Source: Candidatus Woesearchaeota archaeon (GTDB lineage Archaea > Nanobdellota > Nanobdellia > Woesearchaeales > SKGA01). From it: 15,292 nt of DNA. Under the pieces are notes generated by a model. The model made no database searches. It was not told where the DNA came from and worked only from the letters and a program-made list of their open reading frames with translations. The DNA is taken from assembly GCA_016926395.1 (NCBI GenBank), contig JAFGOT010000039.1, positions 1-15,292 on the forward strand, read 5' to 3'. The position numbers and the translations under genes are program-made. Of the stretch, positions 15,165 through 15,292 are shown piece after piece (the stretch's first letter is position 1; each line of letters opens with the position of its first letter).

Positions 15165-15292
15165 GAACAAAATTAGAAAAAAAAGGCTATTTTAAACTTG
15201 TTGATAAAAAATCTTCTTTCTATGCATATGTTATTCCGGTTGATTGCGAAGAATCAATAAAAGAAGAATTGCTAAAAATTAAGAAAAAACAC
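15161..15292 (+). CDS. YigZ/IMPACT (UPF0029) family protein, N-terminal fragment truncated by the window end
   Basis: Not in the ORF track. ATG overlaps the galE stop (ATGA). Open to the edge: MRTKLEKKGYFKLVDKKSSFYAYVIPVDCEESIKEELLKIKKKH, which fits the YigZ pattern (E/D)KKSxFxAyxxPv..EE....L..l++eH. Confidence 0.75.
   Translation, partial: MRTKLEKKGYFKLVDKKSSFYAYVIPVDCEESIKEELLKIKKKH

Noticed and set aside
15177-15184. A8 run as a programmed frameshift site in the yigZ-like ORF
   Set aside because: The frame stays open and keeps matching the family pattern across the run.
1-15292. CRISPR arrays, IS elements, integrases, tRNA genes, tandem repeats
   Set aside because: By eye I found no regularly spaced repeats, terminal inverted repeats, transposase or integrase motifs, or cloverleaf sequences.

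Overview
AT-rich chromosomal window from an archaeon, most likely DPANN (Woesearchaeota-like). The archaeal evidence is ribosomal protein L10e, archaeal-type AlaRS, Taw1/TYW1, an archaeal-type 5S rRNA and TATA-box promoters; the finer placement is inference. It contains the 5' part of an unlinked 5S rRNA, then an SDR, Taw1, an M24 peptidase, pyruvate kinase, a short TsaC/YrdC, a small orphan ORF, a UAP/UDPGP-type-1 pyrophosphorylase, a CcdA-like membrane protein with an extra Cys-rich module, AlaRS lacking the C-terminal globular domain, an orphan helical protein, MscS, L10e, a 4-TM orphan, GalE and the start of a YigZ/IMPACT protein. I see no mobile element, CRISPR array, tRNA or obvious defence island, and no clearly new multi-gene system. 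The best leads are single-protein or regulatory oddities: the CcdA-like protein with a C-x6-CxxCxxC module, the UAP-type enzyme with altered sugar-pocket residues, the C-terminally truncated AlaRS, the structured pyk leader and the orphan-galE-yigZ unit. All family calls come from motif recognition, without database searches.
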